DNA of 64,000 bases from contig OZ220699.1 in assembly GCA_965116565.1 (NCBI GenBank), forward strand, positions 3,790,849 to 3,854,848, written 5' to 3'. The DNA is from Dehalococcoidia bacterium. GTDB lineage: Bacteria > Chloroflexota > Dehalococcoidia > Lucifugimonadales > UBA3495. A program made the translations under genes and the position numbers. Below, piece by piece: positions 27,767-37,234 of this stretch. The notes beneath the pieces were generated by a model. The model had not been told where the DNA came from, did no database searches, and saw only the letters and a program-made list of their open reading frames with translations. How positions within the stretch are numbered: position 1 is the first letter of the stretch; each line of letters starts with the position of its first letter.

Positions 27767-27827
27767 GTAGTATTTTGTTGTAATATCAGTGAACAAGAAA
27801 TGAACTTGATCAAGGAAAGCATCCAAC

Positions 27828-28097
27828 ATGGAATCGGGCAAAGGCTGGCTGGAAATTCTCAAGCTCTTGCCAAAGCCATTATGTTACGGAATAGGAACAG
27901 GAATTATGCTGGCGATATTCGCCTGGATCGCCCTACCGCCTCTGGAAAGGGTGGACGACGTGCATCCGACTGTCAAAATCGTCGCCAACACCCTCAGGAC
28001 AGTGATTGCCGTCATGCCGTATCCTAAAGGTCTGATAGTGTTCGGTTTCTATCTTTACCGGGAACGCCGCGCTGTCCGGCCCGAAAATGATCAATGA
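27828..28097 (+). CDS. Small membrane protein, AT-rich islet
   Basis: 89 aa with hydrophobic helices (GIGTGIMLAIFAWIAL, GLIVFGFYLY). Converges on and overlaps 28024..28530. Confidence 0.4.
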   Translation: MESGKGWLEILKLLPKPLCYGIGTGIMLAIFAWIALPPLERVDDVHPTVKIVANTLRTVIAVMPYPKGLIVFGFYLYRERRAVRPENDQ

Positions 28098-28530
28098 CAG
28101 TTCGCGCTAATTTCCATAGCAATACGACGCCAATGCCGAGCCATATCGTTTCCGCCAGGAGGAAAACCAACATCCCGGCTAGCATGAGTTCAAGATGCTT
28201 TCCTTGGTCGCCCCACCAGATCATGCCGGTTCCAACGACCAGGAAGACTATTGACAAGCCGAACGCCCGATAGTAAGCCGCGTACTGGCTGTCAACTAGC
28301 AGCAGGCTCCGCAACACCGGGAGGGTTGGTCGAAATAGGCCACCCAGTTTGCCGAACAAGCCGACCAAATCGATTTTGGTCTCACGCTGATACATCTTAA
28401 TTCTCGCCACCGCGGCGCGTATTGCAACTATAGCATACGCTGGGCATTGTATGCCGGTTTGGATCTCCTTGAATTGCACTAGTAGTTGAAACCTGTCGCG
28501 CTTTTTGCTCTTGGGGCCTGGGACGTACAT
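28024..28530 (-). CDS. Small membrane protein, AT-rich islet
   Basis: Only the AT-rich 3' part of the 444-aa ORF looks coding, from MYVPGPKSKK at 28530. Two TM helices (GLSIVFLVVGTGMIWW, LAGMLVFLLAETIWLGIGVVLLW). Confidence 0.4.
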   Translation of the reverse strand: MYVPGPKSKKRDRFQLLVQFKEIQTGIQCPAYAIVAIRAAVARIKMYQRETKIDLVGLFGKLGGLFRPTLPVLRSLLLVDSQYAAYYRAFGLSIVFLVVGTGMIWWGDQGKHLELMLAGMLVFLLAETIWLGIGVVLLWKLARTVIDHFRAGQRGVPGKDRNRTLSDL

Positions 28531-28580
28531 ATTAGTCGTCTCTTTTGCGTCGCTCGGAGCATCCAGACACTCCTCGTCCT

Positions 28581-29465
28581 CTACTCCCACCGCACCCGCC
28601 GCCTCAACTGCGCGCTCAGGATGTCCACTGCAATCACCAGCAGCAGGTACCACACCAGCAGCAGCGCAACGTCGTCGTAGTGGAACCACGACATCCTCAG
28701 GCGGAACTCCCGCCCCAGGCCGCCGGCGTTGAGGAACCCGACCACCACCGTGGTGCGGATCACCACCTCCCAGCGATACATCAGGAACGTCAGGAACATG
28801 GGCAGCGCCTGCGGAAACACGCCGTATAGCAGCACCTTGGGGCTGGACGCGCCCGCCACCCGCAGCGCCCGCGCCGGCGCGGGATCCAGGTTCTCCACCA
28901 CCTCGGACGTGAGCCGGCCCACGATGCCCAGGTTGTGTATGCCCAGCGCCAGCGCGCCGGGGATGATTCCAGGCGACAGGAAGAACACGATGAGCATGGC
29001 CCATACCAGTTCGGGTATCGCGCGGGTCAACGCGTAGAACACCCGCACGGCCGCGTAGACCACGGCGCCGGCGGCGGAAGGCGCGCCGCCCAGGGTACCG
29101 TCGCTCACGCTGCGCGCCCCCGGCATCAGCAGGACCAACGCGCCCACGCCGGCAATGCCCATTGCCAGAACCGACATCGCCAGCGTATTCAGGGCCAACC
29201 CTCCCGTTTCCAGCCAGCGGGCCGACTGGCCGAACGGCGACGGGTCGGATGACCCGGCGCCCGCCAGGCCGGCTACGAACCGGCCGGCGTTCTGCCAGGT
29301 GCGCTCCCGAAACAGATCGCCGAACCCGCTGTCGCCGTCCAGCAGTATGAAAGCCCACGCCAGCATCACCAGCAGCGCCGCTGCATACACCGACCAGCGC
29401 AGCACGTTGAATCGAGAGCGTGTTTCACCGCTCGGTCGCAATTGCTCGAAGCCGGCGCGGTCCAT
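28581..29465 (-). CDS. phnE: Phosphonate ABC transporter permease PhnE
   Basis: Typical PhnE layout (RTWQNAGRFVAGL..., EVVENLDPAPARALRVAGAS). Last gene of the phnDCEE operon. Confidence 0.8.
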   Translation of the reverse strand: MDRAGFEQLRPSGETRSRFNVLRWSVYAAALLVMLAWAFILLDGDSGFGDLFRERTWQNAGRFVAGLAGAGSSDPSPFGQSARWLETGGLALNTLAMSVLAMGIAGVGALVLLMPGARSVSDGTLGGAPSAAGAVVYAAVRVFYALTRAIPELVWAMLIVFFLSPGIIPGALALGIHNLGIVGRLTSEVVENLDPAPARALRVAGASSPKVLLYGVFPQALPMFLTFLMYRWEVVIRTTVVVGFLNAGGLGREFRLRMSWFHYDDVALLLVWYLLLVIAVDILSAQLRRRVRWE

Positions 29466-30277
29466 CAGTACGCCATGCTCCGGCGGACGCGGCTGCTCCA
29501 CCAGTCAACCGCCATCACCAACGCCACCAGGAATATCAACAGCGTCCAGACCTGCCGGAACAGCAGATCGGCCATCGACAGTTCAAGCTGAAAACCGATC
29601 CCGTCGATCCCAACGAAACTCATGATGGCGGCGGCCCTGATGCCGCATTCCAGGCGGTAGAAGGTATAGCTCAGCAGGTCGGGCAGGGCCATTGGAATGT
29701 AGCCGTACAGCAGGACCCGAACGGGAGACGCGCCGGTACTCCTCAGCGCGGCCACCGGTTCGGGCGGAACGTCCTGAATCTGTTCCGCGTAGATGCGGCC
29801 CAGGATGCCGGCGTACGGAATGGCCATGGCCAGGATCGCGGCCATCGGCGACAATCCGACGGCCGCCACGAACAGCAGCGCCCAGACCAGTTCATGCACC
29901 GAGCGCATCGCCGCCACCAGGAACCGCACCGACGCCATGAGGGTCCAGCGTCCCGCGCGGCTTCCATCTGTCCCCGGCGCCAAAACCCCCGACGCGAGCA
30001 CCCCAAGGGGCAGGCCCAGCGCGATCGCAAGGGACATTCCGGCCACGGCGTACGCCAGCGTGTGCCAACTCGCCACCACGCAGATGCGCAGGAACTCGGG
30101 CGTCAGGTCCGGCGGGAACAGGGCCAGCAGGACTTTCAGCGCGGCTGCCCCGCCTCCGGTGTGGCCGATGGGCTGCTGCCAGTCAACGCGCGACAGGCTC
30201 CACGCCAGCGCGAACACGATGCCCAGCGTGAGCAGGCGCGGGCCGGTGAGCCAGGATTCAAGCCGCCGGATCGACAT
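29465..30277 (-). CDS. phnE: Phosphonate ABC transporter permease PhnE (second copy)
   Basis: Paralogous permease (AEQIQDVPPEPVAALRSTGAS...) in the same operon. Confidence 0.8.
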   Translation of the reverse strand: MSIRRLESWLTGPRLLTLGIVFALAWSLSRVDWQQPIGHTGGGAAALKVLLALFPPDLTPEFLRICVVASWHTLAYAVAGMSLAIALGLPLGVLASGVLAPGTDGSRAGRWTLMASVRFLVAAMRSVHELVWALLFVAAVGLSPMAAILAMAIPYAGILGRIYAEQIQDVPPEPVAALRSTGASPVRVLLYGYIPMALPDLLSYTFYRLECGIRAAAIMSFVGIDGIGFQLELSMADLLFRQVWTLLIFLVALVMAVDWWSSRVRRSMAY

Positions 30278-30295
30278 GGGAGCAGCGGCTATTGT

Positions 30296-31159
30296 CTAGC
30301 CGTCGCGTACCGCCAAACCGGCCAGCGGTTCGATTTCATCGGTGTCTCCGCCCAGATCATACAGCTCGTCCAGCATGGCATCCGTGAGTTCAGGAGCGGG
30401 TATGTCGAACTGCACGTGGCTCTCCCGGAGGCCGATCACGCGCGTAAAATGTCGTCGGATGAGGGATGCGGTGTGGAGGCTGGCGATCAGGGTGCGCTGG
30501 CTCGCGCCGTTGGCGTCGTTCCATGAGACCAGGCCCACCAGCAACCCCATCACTTCCTCGGCGCGGGCCGGATCCAGGGACGCAACCGGTTCGTCGGCGA
30601 GAATCACCACCGGCGACTGCATCATCATGCGGGCGATGGCTACTCTCTGCTGCTCGCCGCCGGACAGATGCCCCGGGCGCTCATTGATCTTGTCCGCAAT
30701 CCCCACCCGCTCCAGCGCCTGCTGCGCGGCGCGGCGCTCCATGGGCCAGACCAGCGAGAGTACCGAGCGGGCCAGGCTCCAGTGGCCCAGGCGGCCAGCC
30801 AGCACGTTATGCAGGACCGGTAGGTGGGGGACCAGGTCGAAACGCTGGCTCACGATGCCCACCAGCGAGGCCAGTTCGCTGCCGGGTTTCAGACCGGCGG
30901 GAGACTTGCCGCTGATCGATACGGTGTGCGGCCCCTCATCGGGTACCAGCGCGCCGGCCAGCAGACGCAACAGCGTGGTTTTACCGCTTCCCGAGGGACC
31001 AACCAGCGCCACCCGCTCGCCGGCGTGGATGGCAAGGTTCAGCGGCGCAAGGCCCCGGTTTATTCCATAAACCTTTGACGCGCTATCAATCGCTACCAGC
31101 GGCTTGGCTACAGCAAACTGCTCACCGGCCCGCCGCAGGCGGACACCGGTTGCAGTCAT
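30296..31159 (-). CDS. phnC: Phosphonate ABC transporter ATP-binding protein PhnC
   Basis: Walker A GPSGSGKTTLLR, signature LSGGEQQRVAIAR, Walker B VILADEP. 4-nt overlap with phnD. Confidence 0.85.
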   Translation of the reverse strand: MTATGVRLRRAGEQFAVAKPLVAIDSASKVYGINRGLAPLNLAIHAGERVALVGPSGSGKTTLLRLLAGALVPDEGPHTVSISGKSPAGLKPGSELASLVGIVSQRFDLVPHLPVLHNVLAGRLGHWSLARSVLSLVWPMERRAAQQALERVGIADKINERPGHLSGGEQQRVAIARMMMQSPVVILADEPVASLDPARAEEVMGLLVGLVSWNDANGASQRTLIASLHTASLIRRHFTRVIGLRESHVQFDIPAPELTDAMLDELYDLGGDTDEIEPLAGLAVRDG

Positions 31160-32118
31160 TGGATTATGCCCAGTTCTCTAGCCACTTGCTCAATCGCCTG
31201 GTAGTTGTCGTTTTCCGTCGCGATGAACCGTTCGGTGCTGAACAGTTCCAGGATTTCGCCGTGGTCCTGCGGGTTCAGCGCCAGCAGGGCGGCCTGCACT
31301 TTGTCGGTGAACCCGTCGCCGTACACTTCGTCCAAATCACCACGCGCCGTCCAGTTGTAGTTGAAATAGTTCGGCGTGGTGGCCAACTCGCGCACCTTGG
31401 CGGGGTCGGCTTTGCCCTCCGTCACCGCCCGCTCCCACACGTCCTCGGCCAGCGCGCCCAGGTCGTAGGAACCGGCCTCCACCAGCTGCCAGGTTTTGTC
31501 GTGAGAACCTGAGAATCCCGGCGGAGTACGGAAATCGTTGACGACGTTGATGCCGGCCTCACCCAGGAAATACCGCGGCATCAGGTGGCCGGAGGTAGAG
31601 CTCTCACTGCCGAAGGTAATAGTCAGGTTGCCGGTCTTGCCAATCAGATCATCCAGGCTGTTCAGGTCAGCGAACTCGTCGCCTCCGCGCACGACGTACT
31701 TGGAGTGAAACTCGGCATCGTGGGCACGCTGTACGATAGCCCGGGCTCCGGGGTTCTGCATACGGGCCTGCACCCCGGTCAGCGCGCCGAAAAACGCCAG
31801 CTGCACGTCGTTCTGGCTGAACGCCGTCACCACTGCGGAGTAGGACACGCTGGGCACGTATTCCACAGGCACGTTCAACTCCTGGGACAGGTAGTTGGCG
31901 AAGATCTCATAGCGTCGAGCCAGACGCTGGGCGTCCTGGTCTGGTATGCCTCCCACCCGCAGGGGCGGAGTCTCTTCCTGGGCGCACGACACGCCGAGCA
32001 ACCCAATGAGGAGCAATACGGTCGCTGACAGAATGGGTCGAAGTATCTTGAATGAGAAAGGCACTACAATTCCCCTGCGCCGCGCGCGGGGCAAATAAAC
32101 TGGCTGGGATGGTATCAA
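31156..32118 (-). CDS. phnD: Phosphonate ABC transporter substrate-binding lipoprotein PhnD
   Basis: Lipobox LLGVSCAQ and PhnD-like FGSESSTSGHLMPRYFL. Confidence 0.8.
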   Translation of the reverse strand: MIPSQPVYLPRARRRGIVVPFSFKILRPILSATVLLLIGLLGVSCAQEETPPLRVGGIPDQDAQRLARRYEIFANYLSQELNVPVEYVPSVSYSAVVTAFSQNDVQLAFFGALTGVQARMQNPGARAIVQRAHDAEFHSKYVVRGGDEFADLNSLDDLIGKTGNLTITFGSESSTSGHLMPRYFLGEAGINVVNDFRTPPGFSGSHDKTWQLVEAGSYDLGALAEDVWERAVTEGKADPAKVRELATTPNYFNYNWTARGDLDEVYGDGFTDKVQAALLALNPQDHGEILELFSTERFIATENDNYQAIEQVARELGIIQ

Positions 32119-32267
32119 TGAATCCGCTGTCGGTCAACATGAACGTGCCGCCCCAAGGCCGCCCGGTCCTCGAAGTCTCCCTTCGGTGATCAGTCCGTCA
32201 AAGGCCAGATCGTCAACATGCTATAATGCGATTTGCGGCGCCGCGGCGACCCATCGGCGCGTGGTGC

Positions 32268-32357
32268 GGAGAGGTGCCAGAGTGGACGAATGGGCGCGAC
32301 TGGAAATCGCGTAGGGGTTAACGCCTCTCGCGGGTTCGAATCCCGCCCTCTCCGCCA
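32268..32357 (+). tRNA. tRNA-Ser (anticodon GGA), class II with long variable arm, CCA encoded
   Basis: Acceptor GGAGAGG/CCTCTCC. Anticodon arm CGCGA-CTGGAAA-TCGCG. T arm GCGGG-TTCGAAT-CCCGC. Discriminator G followed by CCA. Confidence 0.95.
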
Positions 32358-32773
32358 TTTGTTCTAAGCGAGGAGATTTGAGTAGGAATAACTCGACTGT
32401 TGCATGATCGACCGCCGAATTCCCGGCCCGACACGCGAATTTCTTGCTAATTCGGCGGAACGGGACGGAATCGAACCTATACCCATGGGCCCAGTTTGAA
32501 CTACTGCCAATAACCCCTGGGATCACACAGAATCCGATTAATTGAATTGGCCGCAGCGACCAAGTTGCAACCCGCTGCGACCAACGATTCCCCAACCGAA
32601 AGAGAAGGAAATCGTGAGGATTATATCAGGGACGGTACTGATCGCTAAGGCGGCAGGTCTTTCGTGGATAGGCTCCAACCAATCGCTGGGGAACGACGAG
32701 GAGAGCCTTTTCCAGTTTGTGAAGGGGCGATAACGAAGTTGGTCGAGACCCCTGGGACAGACCGCGAACCGAT

Positions 32774-33187
32774 ATGCTAACCTACGGGGACGACACTGAA
32801 CGCGAAGCCTTCCAGGCCGCCATCGAGCGGGCCCGGAAGAACGGTCTGTCCGAAGCCGAAATGGCCAGCATGATCACTGCCGCCAAACACGACACCCACC
32901 AGACTAACGGAGTCCATCCTAAAGAAACGGACGACGTTATCTACGAGCCTGGCGAACTCCCAGAAGACCTGATTGACCTGCCCAGCGTAATGAGGGAACA
33001 CCGCATCAGCAGGTCTACGTTGCACACTTGGATCAAAGCAGGGAAATTGCCTCTGAGGGGCAAAGTGCGCGCACCCGCACGGGGCGGCGGCTATAACGTT
33101 GTTAGAAAAGACGAAGTGATGAGCCTGATCGAGGGTCCCATCAACAAAGGTGGCAGACCACGCAAAGTCCGAAAAAAAACTCCGTAA
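32774..33187 (+). CDS. HTH DNA-binding protein (excisionase/AlpA-like C-terminus)
   Basis: LPSVMREHRISRSTLHTWIKAGKLP helix-turn-helix and a basic tail GGRPRKVRKK. Confidence 0.55.
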   Translation: MLTYGDDTEREAFQAAIERARKNGLSEAEMASMITAAKHDTHQTNGVHPKETDDVIYEPGELPEDLIDLPSVMREHRISRSTLHTWIKAGKLPLRGKVRAPARGGGYNVVRKDEVMSLIEGPINKGGRPRKVRKKTP

Positions 33188-33223
33188 ACCGTTGACAAAC
33201 TACGTACACTGTATGTAGCCTAG

Positions 33224-33251
33224 CCTCCAACTGAAAGGTTGGAGGTTTTTT
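33224..33251 (+). terminator. Rho-independent terminator
   Basis: CCTCCAAC-TGAAAG-GTTGGAGG followed by TTTTTT, abutting the next ATG. Confidence 0.75.
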
Positions 33252-33602
33252 ATGGACTGTACCAAGTGCGGGTTGCCAATCGAGGGCGGGCGGTGGGGTC
33301 CGGACGCCGTGGTGCTGGAATATGCCGATGGCTTTCCTCGACCCGCCAAAGTCGTCTACCACGTTGATTGCGTGCTGGATCCCGTCAGCCTGATCGGTCA
33401 TCAATTTCAAAAGTGGACGGTCGCCATGATCGAAAGGATCCAGGCGGCCGCCAGCCAGCAGGTTCACAACCACAACGATCTGGTTGATGCGCTGGAGGAA
33501 CTCAACCAGGTACCCGCGCTGCCTACGAGCAGATCCTGCTCCGCGGTTAACGACAACGCCGCCATCGGGACGCCGAATCCCAACGACGGCGCAAAAGTGT
33601 AG
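33252..33602 (+). CDS. Hypothetical protein (element early region)
   Basis: 116-aa ORF with an N-terminal CxxC. Confidence 0.5.
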   Translation: MDCTKCGLPIEGGRWGPDAVVLEYADGFPRPAKVVYHVDCVLDPVSLIGHQFQKWTVAMIERIQAAASQQVHNHNDLVDALEELNQVPALPTSRSCSAVNDNAAIGTPNPNDGAKV

Positions 33603-33622
33603 AGCAAGAGGAGTCTAACACA

Positions 33623-33838
33623 ATGACCACCACCAACCACCCCAACCTCGACGCCGAACCCGACGACGAGCTCGTTGTCATCAAGCTGCTCAACGAGATG
33701 ATCCTGGACGAGCGCTGGGAACTCACCGGCCACGGGCGCGATTACCTGCAAGAAGCCCGAGCCGAGGACTCCGAGATTCTGGAACGTCTCCAGGACCGGG
33801 ACGAGCCGCGCGTCAATCACATCCTGGCCAACCGGTAA
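33623..33838 (+). CDS. Hypothetical acidic small protein
   Basis: 71-aa ORF with AGGAG upstream. Confidence 0.5.
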   Translation: MTTTNHPNLDAEPDDELVVIKLLNEMILDERWELTGHGRDYLQEARAEDSEILERLQDRDEPRVNHILANR

Positions 33839-33916
33839 CCACAACGAACAGCGCCGCCGGTGGGAGGGCATTCCCACGGCGGCGTGGCGCTAAAACAGCA
33901 ACAGGAGTCTACCACA

Positions 33917-34354
33917 ATGCTGGAACAGAACCGACCTCAGTTCATACACCTCTGCGACGACTGCAACGTCGAATACGTGGGCGGCCACTGCGCGCCGTGC
34001 CCGCTGTGCCCACAACGGGAGAAACTACAGGCGGCGCGCCTGGAGGTTCACCGCTACGAGCCGTACCTCCTGCTGTCTCACAACGACACAGGCGGCATCG
34101 AGGCGCTGCTCAACGATGCCTGCTCGGACGATTGGGATCTCAGGGATCTCAAGGTCGCTCACGAGGAGGACCGCGACAACGGGGGCCCGCTGTTCGTAGC
34201 CTTGCTGCGCCGGGAACACTACGACCACGCCCAGCACCAGGCCGCGGTCGAAGCCCGGCGACTGGCCTTGATCTCGCACCGTGAGCAGCGCGCGGCCATC
34301 GAGGTCGAGACCCAGGCCTTCCGCGACGGCCGGGACGGGCGGACGGCGTCATGA
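33917..34354 (+). CDS. Hypothetical Cys-rich protein
   Basis: ATG at 33917 preceded by AACAGGAG. Contains CDDC...CAPCPLC. Confidence 0.5.
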   Translation: MLEQNRPQFIHLCDDCNVEYVGGHCAPCPLCPQREKLQAARLEVHRYEPYLLLSHNDTGGIEALLNDACSDDWDLRDLKVAHEEDRDNGGPLFVALLRREHYDHAQHQAAVEARRLALISHREQRAAIEVETQAFRDGRDGRTAS

Positions 34355-34686
34355 CGGCGAGTACCGCTGCGACGGCTCTTTGCGCCTGGTGTCGGGAACC
34401 TTTCGTCAGGATCGCCGGCGGCGACGAGGTGTCGGTCTACTGCAGCCGTCTGAACCAGGACTGGGCCGACGCGGTGGCGATGGGCAAGTATCCGTTGGTG
34501 GAATGTCCGCGCTGCGGTTGCAGCGACCTGCGCGTCGCGGCGCCGGACTGGGGCTTCTGCCAGACATGCGGATACCTCACCGATCGTCCAGATTTGGAGG
34601 TCGGACGCATCACGCCAAAAAAATCAAAACGGGGAATTTCGTACTTGAGGAACAATTTGGCGGCATACCCCATAGAGGAGGAATAG
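34351..34686 (+). CDS. Zinc-ribbon protein
   Basis: ATGA overlap with the upstream gene. Contains CAWC...C, CPRCGC...CQTCG. Confidence 0.5.
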   Translation: MTASTAATALCAWCREPFVRIAGGDEVSVYCSRLNQDWADAVAMGKYPLVECPRCGCSDLRVAAPDWGFCQTCGYLTDRPDLEVGRITPKKSKRGISYLRNNLAAYPIEEE

Positions 34687-34688
34687 AG

Positions 34689-36977
34689 ATGCCGTCATAC
34701 TCACCAAACGACCCCGGCCAGGAATCGGCGTTGGGTTCCGATTGCGAAAGCCAATGGCCTGCCGATCTGTGGCCTGAGCACCGGGATTACCTCTGGCAGC
34801 GCGGGGTAACGCCCGCAGTGGCGCGGGCGCGGAAATATCGGTCCGTCCGAGGCGGCGGAGGCCGCAACGTCGATGAATCCTACGCGGCGGCCTATCACGG
34901 GCTGCCGCGCCGCAGCGGGCTGCTGATGCCCCTTCATCCGCTCCTGGGGGGCGATCAACGCTACCAGCTGCGGCCGGACGAGCCCCGCCTGAATAACGAT
35001 CACAAGCCCATCAAGTTCGAGTCGCAGGCGGGATTGGGCAACGTGCTGGCCACGTCGCCGCTGACTGCATCGGCGCTGCAGCAGGAAACCCAGACCATCA
35101 TCATCGCGGAGGGCATAACCCGCGTGGACGCCCTGGCGACCTACGGGATACCCGCCGTGGCCATACCGGGATGCTACGCATGGCGCGACAAGAACGGAGT
35201 GCTGCCCGACTTCGAAGCCCTGCGCCTCTCGGGCAACGCTTACATTCTCGCCTTTGACGGCGACGCCGCCTCCAACCCGTCGGTGAACGCCGCCCTGGCT
35301 CGCCTCGCCCGCTACCTTCGCGCCAAGGGGGCGAAGGTGGGACTCCTCCAGGTGCCGGACGATGAGGAGGGCCGACAGCGCGGCCTGGACGACTGGCTGG
35401 CCGAGGCGCGCTTCCCCGACACGGCCGCCGTGATGCGCGAGCTGCAGCAGCATTCGGTGGATTCCATCGACTTCGATCCGCTGATGGGGGAGGACAGCGC
35501 GGCGGCCAGGTACCGCAACCGCAACCGAGACGTGCCGGACATCTACGCCGGCGTGGACGACCTGGCGTACCAGGAGGACCAGATTCTGGAGGCTTTGGAC
35601 GACGCCAATGCCGACCCTGGGTTTGACCGGATCTACAACCGCTCCGACCAGCGGGTTTCAATCCACCAGACGACAGCGGGCCCGGTGGTACGGCCACTTT
35701 CCGTGGCGTCGTTTCGCTCCCGACTCCATCGGGCCGCCAATTTCTGGCGATACCTCGGAGAGCAGCGGATACTCTGCCCGGCTCCGGCGGTGGCCATCAC
35801 CGGCCTGTTTGACGCTGGACCCATCAACGAACCGCCGCTCTACGGCCTGGTTCCCCATCCGGTGCTGACGCCCGACGGCGCCAGGTTGGTGGACTCGCCC
35901 GGTTACGACGAGGGGACGGGGCTGTATCTGAACCTGTGTGATCTGACGCCCATGGCCGCGGCCGACGCGGTGGCCGAGCTGGACCGGCTCTTCGTCGACT
36001 TCCCGATCGAAACGGACCACGACCGGGCTGGCCTTTACGCCATGCTGCTGACGCCAATCATCAGGCCGGCCGTCTCGACCGCGCCGATGATGCTGGTGAC
36101 GAAACCACAGCCACGGGAGGGCGCATCGCTGTTGACCACGCTGATCGGGCTGATTCTCACCGGCGGCAGCTACCAGTCAATCGCGGTGTCCAACAACGTC
36201 AAGGACCTGGACGAGAACCTTCGCAAGGCCCTGGCGTCCGCCATCGTAGATTCCAGCGGCCGGGTGATGTGGCGCTACGACAACATGCCGGCCACCTTCG
36301 ACAGTCCGACCCTGGCGGAGATGCTCACCGAACCCGCCTGGAGCACGCGGCTCTTGGGCGGCAACCAGAACGCCACCCTTCCTCAGACCGGCGTCACGGT
36401 GTACGGCACCGTCAACTCGGTGGACATATCCCACGAGCTGGGTCTGCGCTGCTACGAAACCAGAATCAACAGCGGCAATCCGCGGCCATGGGAGCGAAAG
36501 GAATTCATCCTCCCCGAGATTAAACGCCACGTCCTCCGCAACCGCGGCTGGTACCTTTCGGCCTGCGTGGCCCTGGTGCGTCACTATCTCGAGCAGGGGC
36601 GACCGGAGGCCGAGCATCCGGCGGGACTGGGCGGTTTCGAGGACTGGCGATCGATGATGGCCGGAATCCTAGCCTCCATCGGCGTCGACGGGTTCATGAC
36701 GCAGATGCATCGCCTGCAGGAACGGGCGATGCCCGAGACGAGCAACGAGCGGGCGTTCATTCAGGCCTGGTGGGACCAGCACCAGGGGAACGAGGTGACC
36801 AGCAAACAGCTTTGGGAAACCGCCCACGTCGATGACCAGTGCCTGCTTCCAATCAGGGGCACCACCGACCGCGCCCTGCAGACGTCCTTCGGCGCCCAGC
36901 TGCGCCGGCTCATGGGACCAGCACCAGGGGAACGAGGTGACCAGCAAACAGCTTTGGGAAACCGCCCACGTCGATGA
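34689..36977 (+). CDS. Toprim-domain replication/primase-like protein (DUF3854-like N-terminus), 3' end frameshifted by a 142-bp tandem duplication
   Basis: ATG at 34689 after GAGGAATAGAG. Toprim motifs IIIAEGITRVDA and AYILAFDGDAASN. The ancestral C-terminus continues in ORF 36832..37179. Confidence 0.65.
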   Translation: MPSYSPNDPGQESALGSDCESQWPADLWPEHRDYLWQRGVTPAVARARKYRSVRGGGGRNVDESYAAAYHGLPRRSGLLMPLHPLLGGDQRYQLRPDEPRLNNDHKPIKFESQAGLGNVLATSPLTASALQQETQTIIIAEGITRVDALATYGIPAVAIPGCYAWRDKNGVLPDFEALRLSGNAYILAFDGDAASNPSVNAALARLARYLRAKGAKVGLLQVPDDEEGRQRGLDDWLAEARFPDTAAVMRELQQHSVDSIDFDPLMGEDSAAARYRNRNRDVPDIYAGVDDLAYQEDQILEALDDANADPGFDRIYNRSDQRVSIHQTTAGPVVRPLSVASFRSRLHRAANFWRYLGEQRILCPAPAVAITGLFDAGPINEPPLYGLVPHPVLTPDGARLVDSPGYDEGTGLYLNLCDLTPMAAADAVAELDRLFVDFPIETDHDRAGLYAMLLTPIIRPAVSTAPMMLVTKPQPREGASLLTTLIGLILTGGSYQSIAVSNNVKDLDENLRKALASAIVDSSGRVMWRYDNMPATFDSPTLAEMLTEPAWSTRLLGGNQNATLPQTGVTVYGTVNSVDISHELGLRCYETRINSGNPRPWERKEFILPEIKRHVLRNRGWYLSACVALVRHYLEQGRPEAEHPAGLGGFEDWRSMMAGILASIGVDGFMTQMHRLQERAMPETSNERAFIQAWWDQHQGNEVTSKQLWETAHVDDQCLLPIRGTTDRALQTSFGAQLRRLMGPAPGERGDQQTALGNRPRR

Positions 36978-37054
36978 CCAGTGCCTGCTTCCAATCAGGG
37001 GCACCACCGACCGCGCCCTGCAGACGTCCTTCGGCGCCCAGCTGCGCCGGCTCA
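36771..37054 (+). repeat. Perfect 142-bp tandem duplication (36771-36912 = 36913-37054)
   Basis: The two copies are identical base for base on manual alignment. 142 is not a multiple of 3. Confidence 0.9.
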
Positions 37055-37234
37055 TCGAGCGACCCTTCGAGGTGGAAGCCGGCGTGGTTTCCGTCGCCAG
37101 ATTGGGGGTACGGCACAAGGCCGCCACCTACGCCCTGCGTCTGCGGAAATTGGGCGATGGCGACGCCGGAGAAAATTAGAACACATGGGGATTCGGCTGC
37201 CAGAAATCTCAGAGCTCCGGAGGATCTCTCAAAA

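Noticed and set aside
28024-29358. 444-aa minus-strand ORF.
   Set aside because: The 5' two thirds is an off-frame read-through of phnE with R/G/P-rich junk. Only the AT-rich 3' 168 codons (28024..28530) look like a gene.
32453-32490. tRNA-like T-arm/acceptor fragment on the minus strand (GGTTCGATTCCGTCCCGTTCCGCCG), about 100 bp after tRNA-Ser. It could be an att remnant.
   Set aside because: No complementary 5' acceptor strand, D arm or anticodon arm is present, and the T stem does not pair. The similarity to the tRNA-Ser 3' end (~20/28) and to 49146-49170 is too weak to call att sites.
34281-34688. N-terminal 136 codons of the 898-aa ORF 34281..36977.
   Set aside because: This part overlaps the zinc-ribbon gene 34351..34686 in another frame and is R/G-rich. 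A good RBS and ATG at 34689 start the recognisable Toprim protein.
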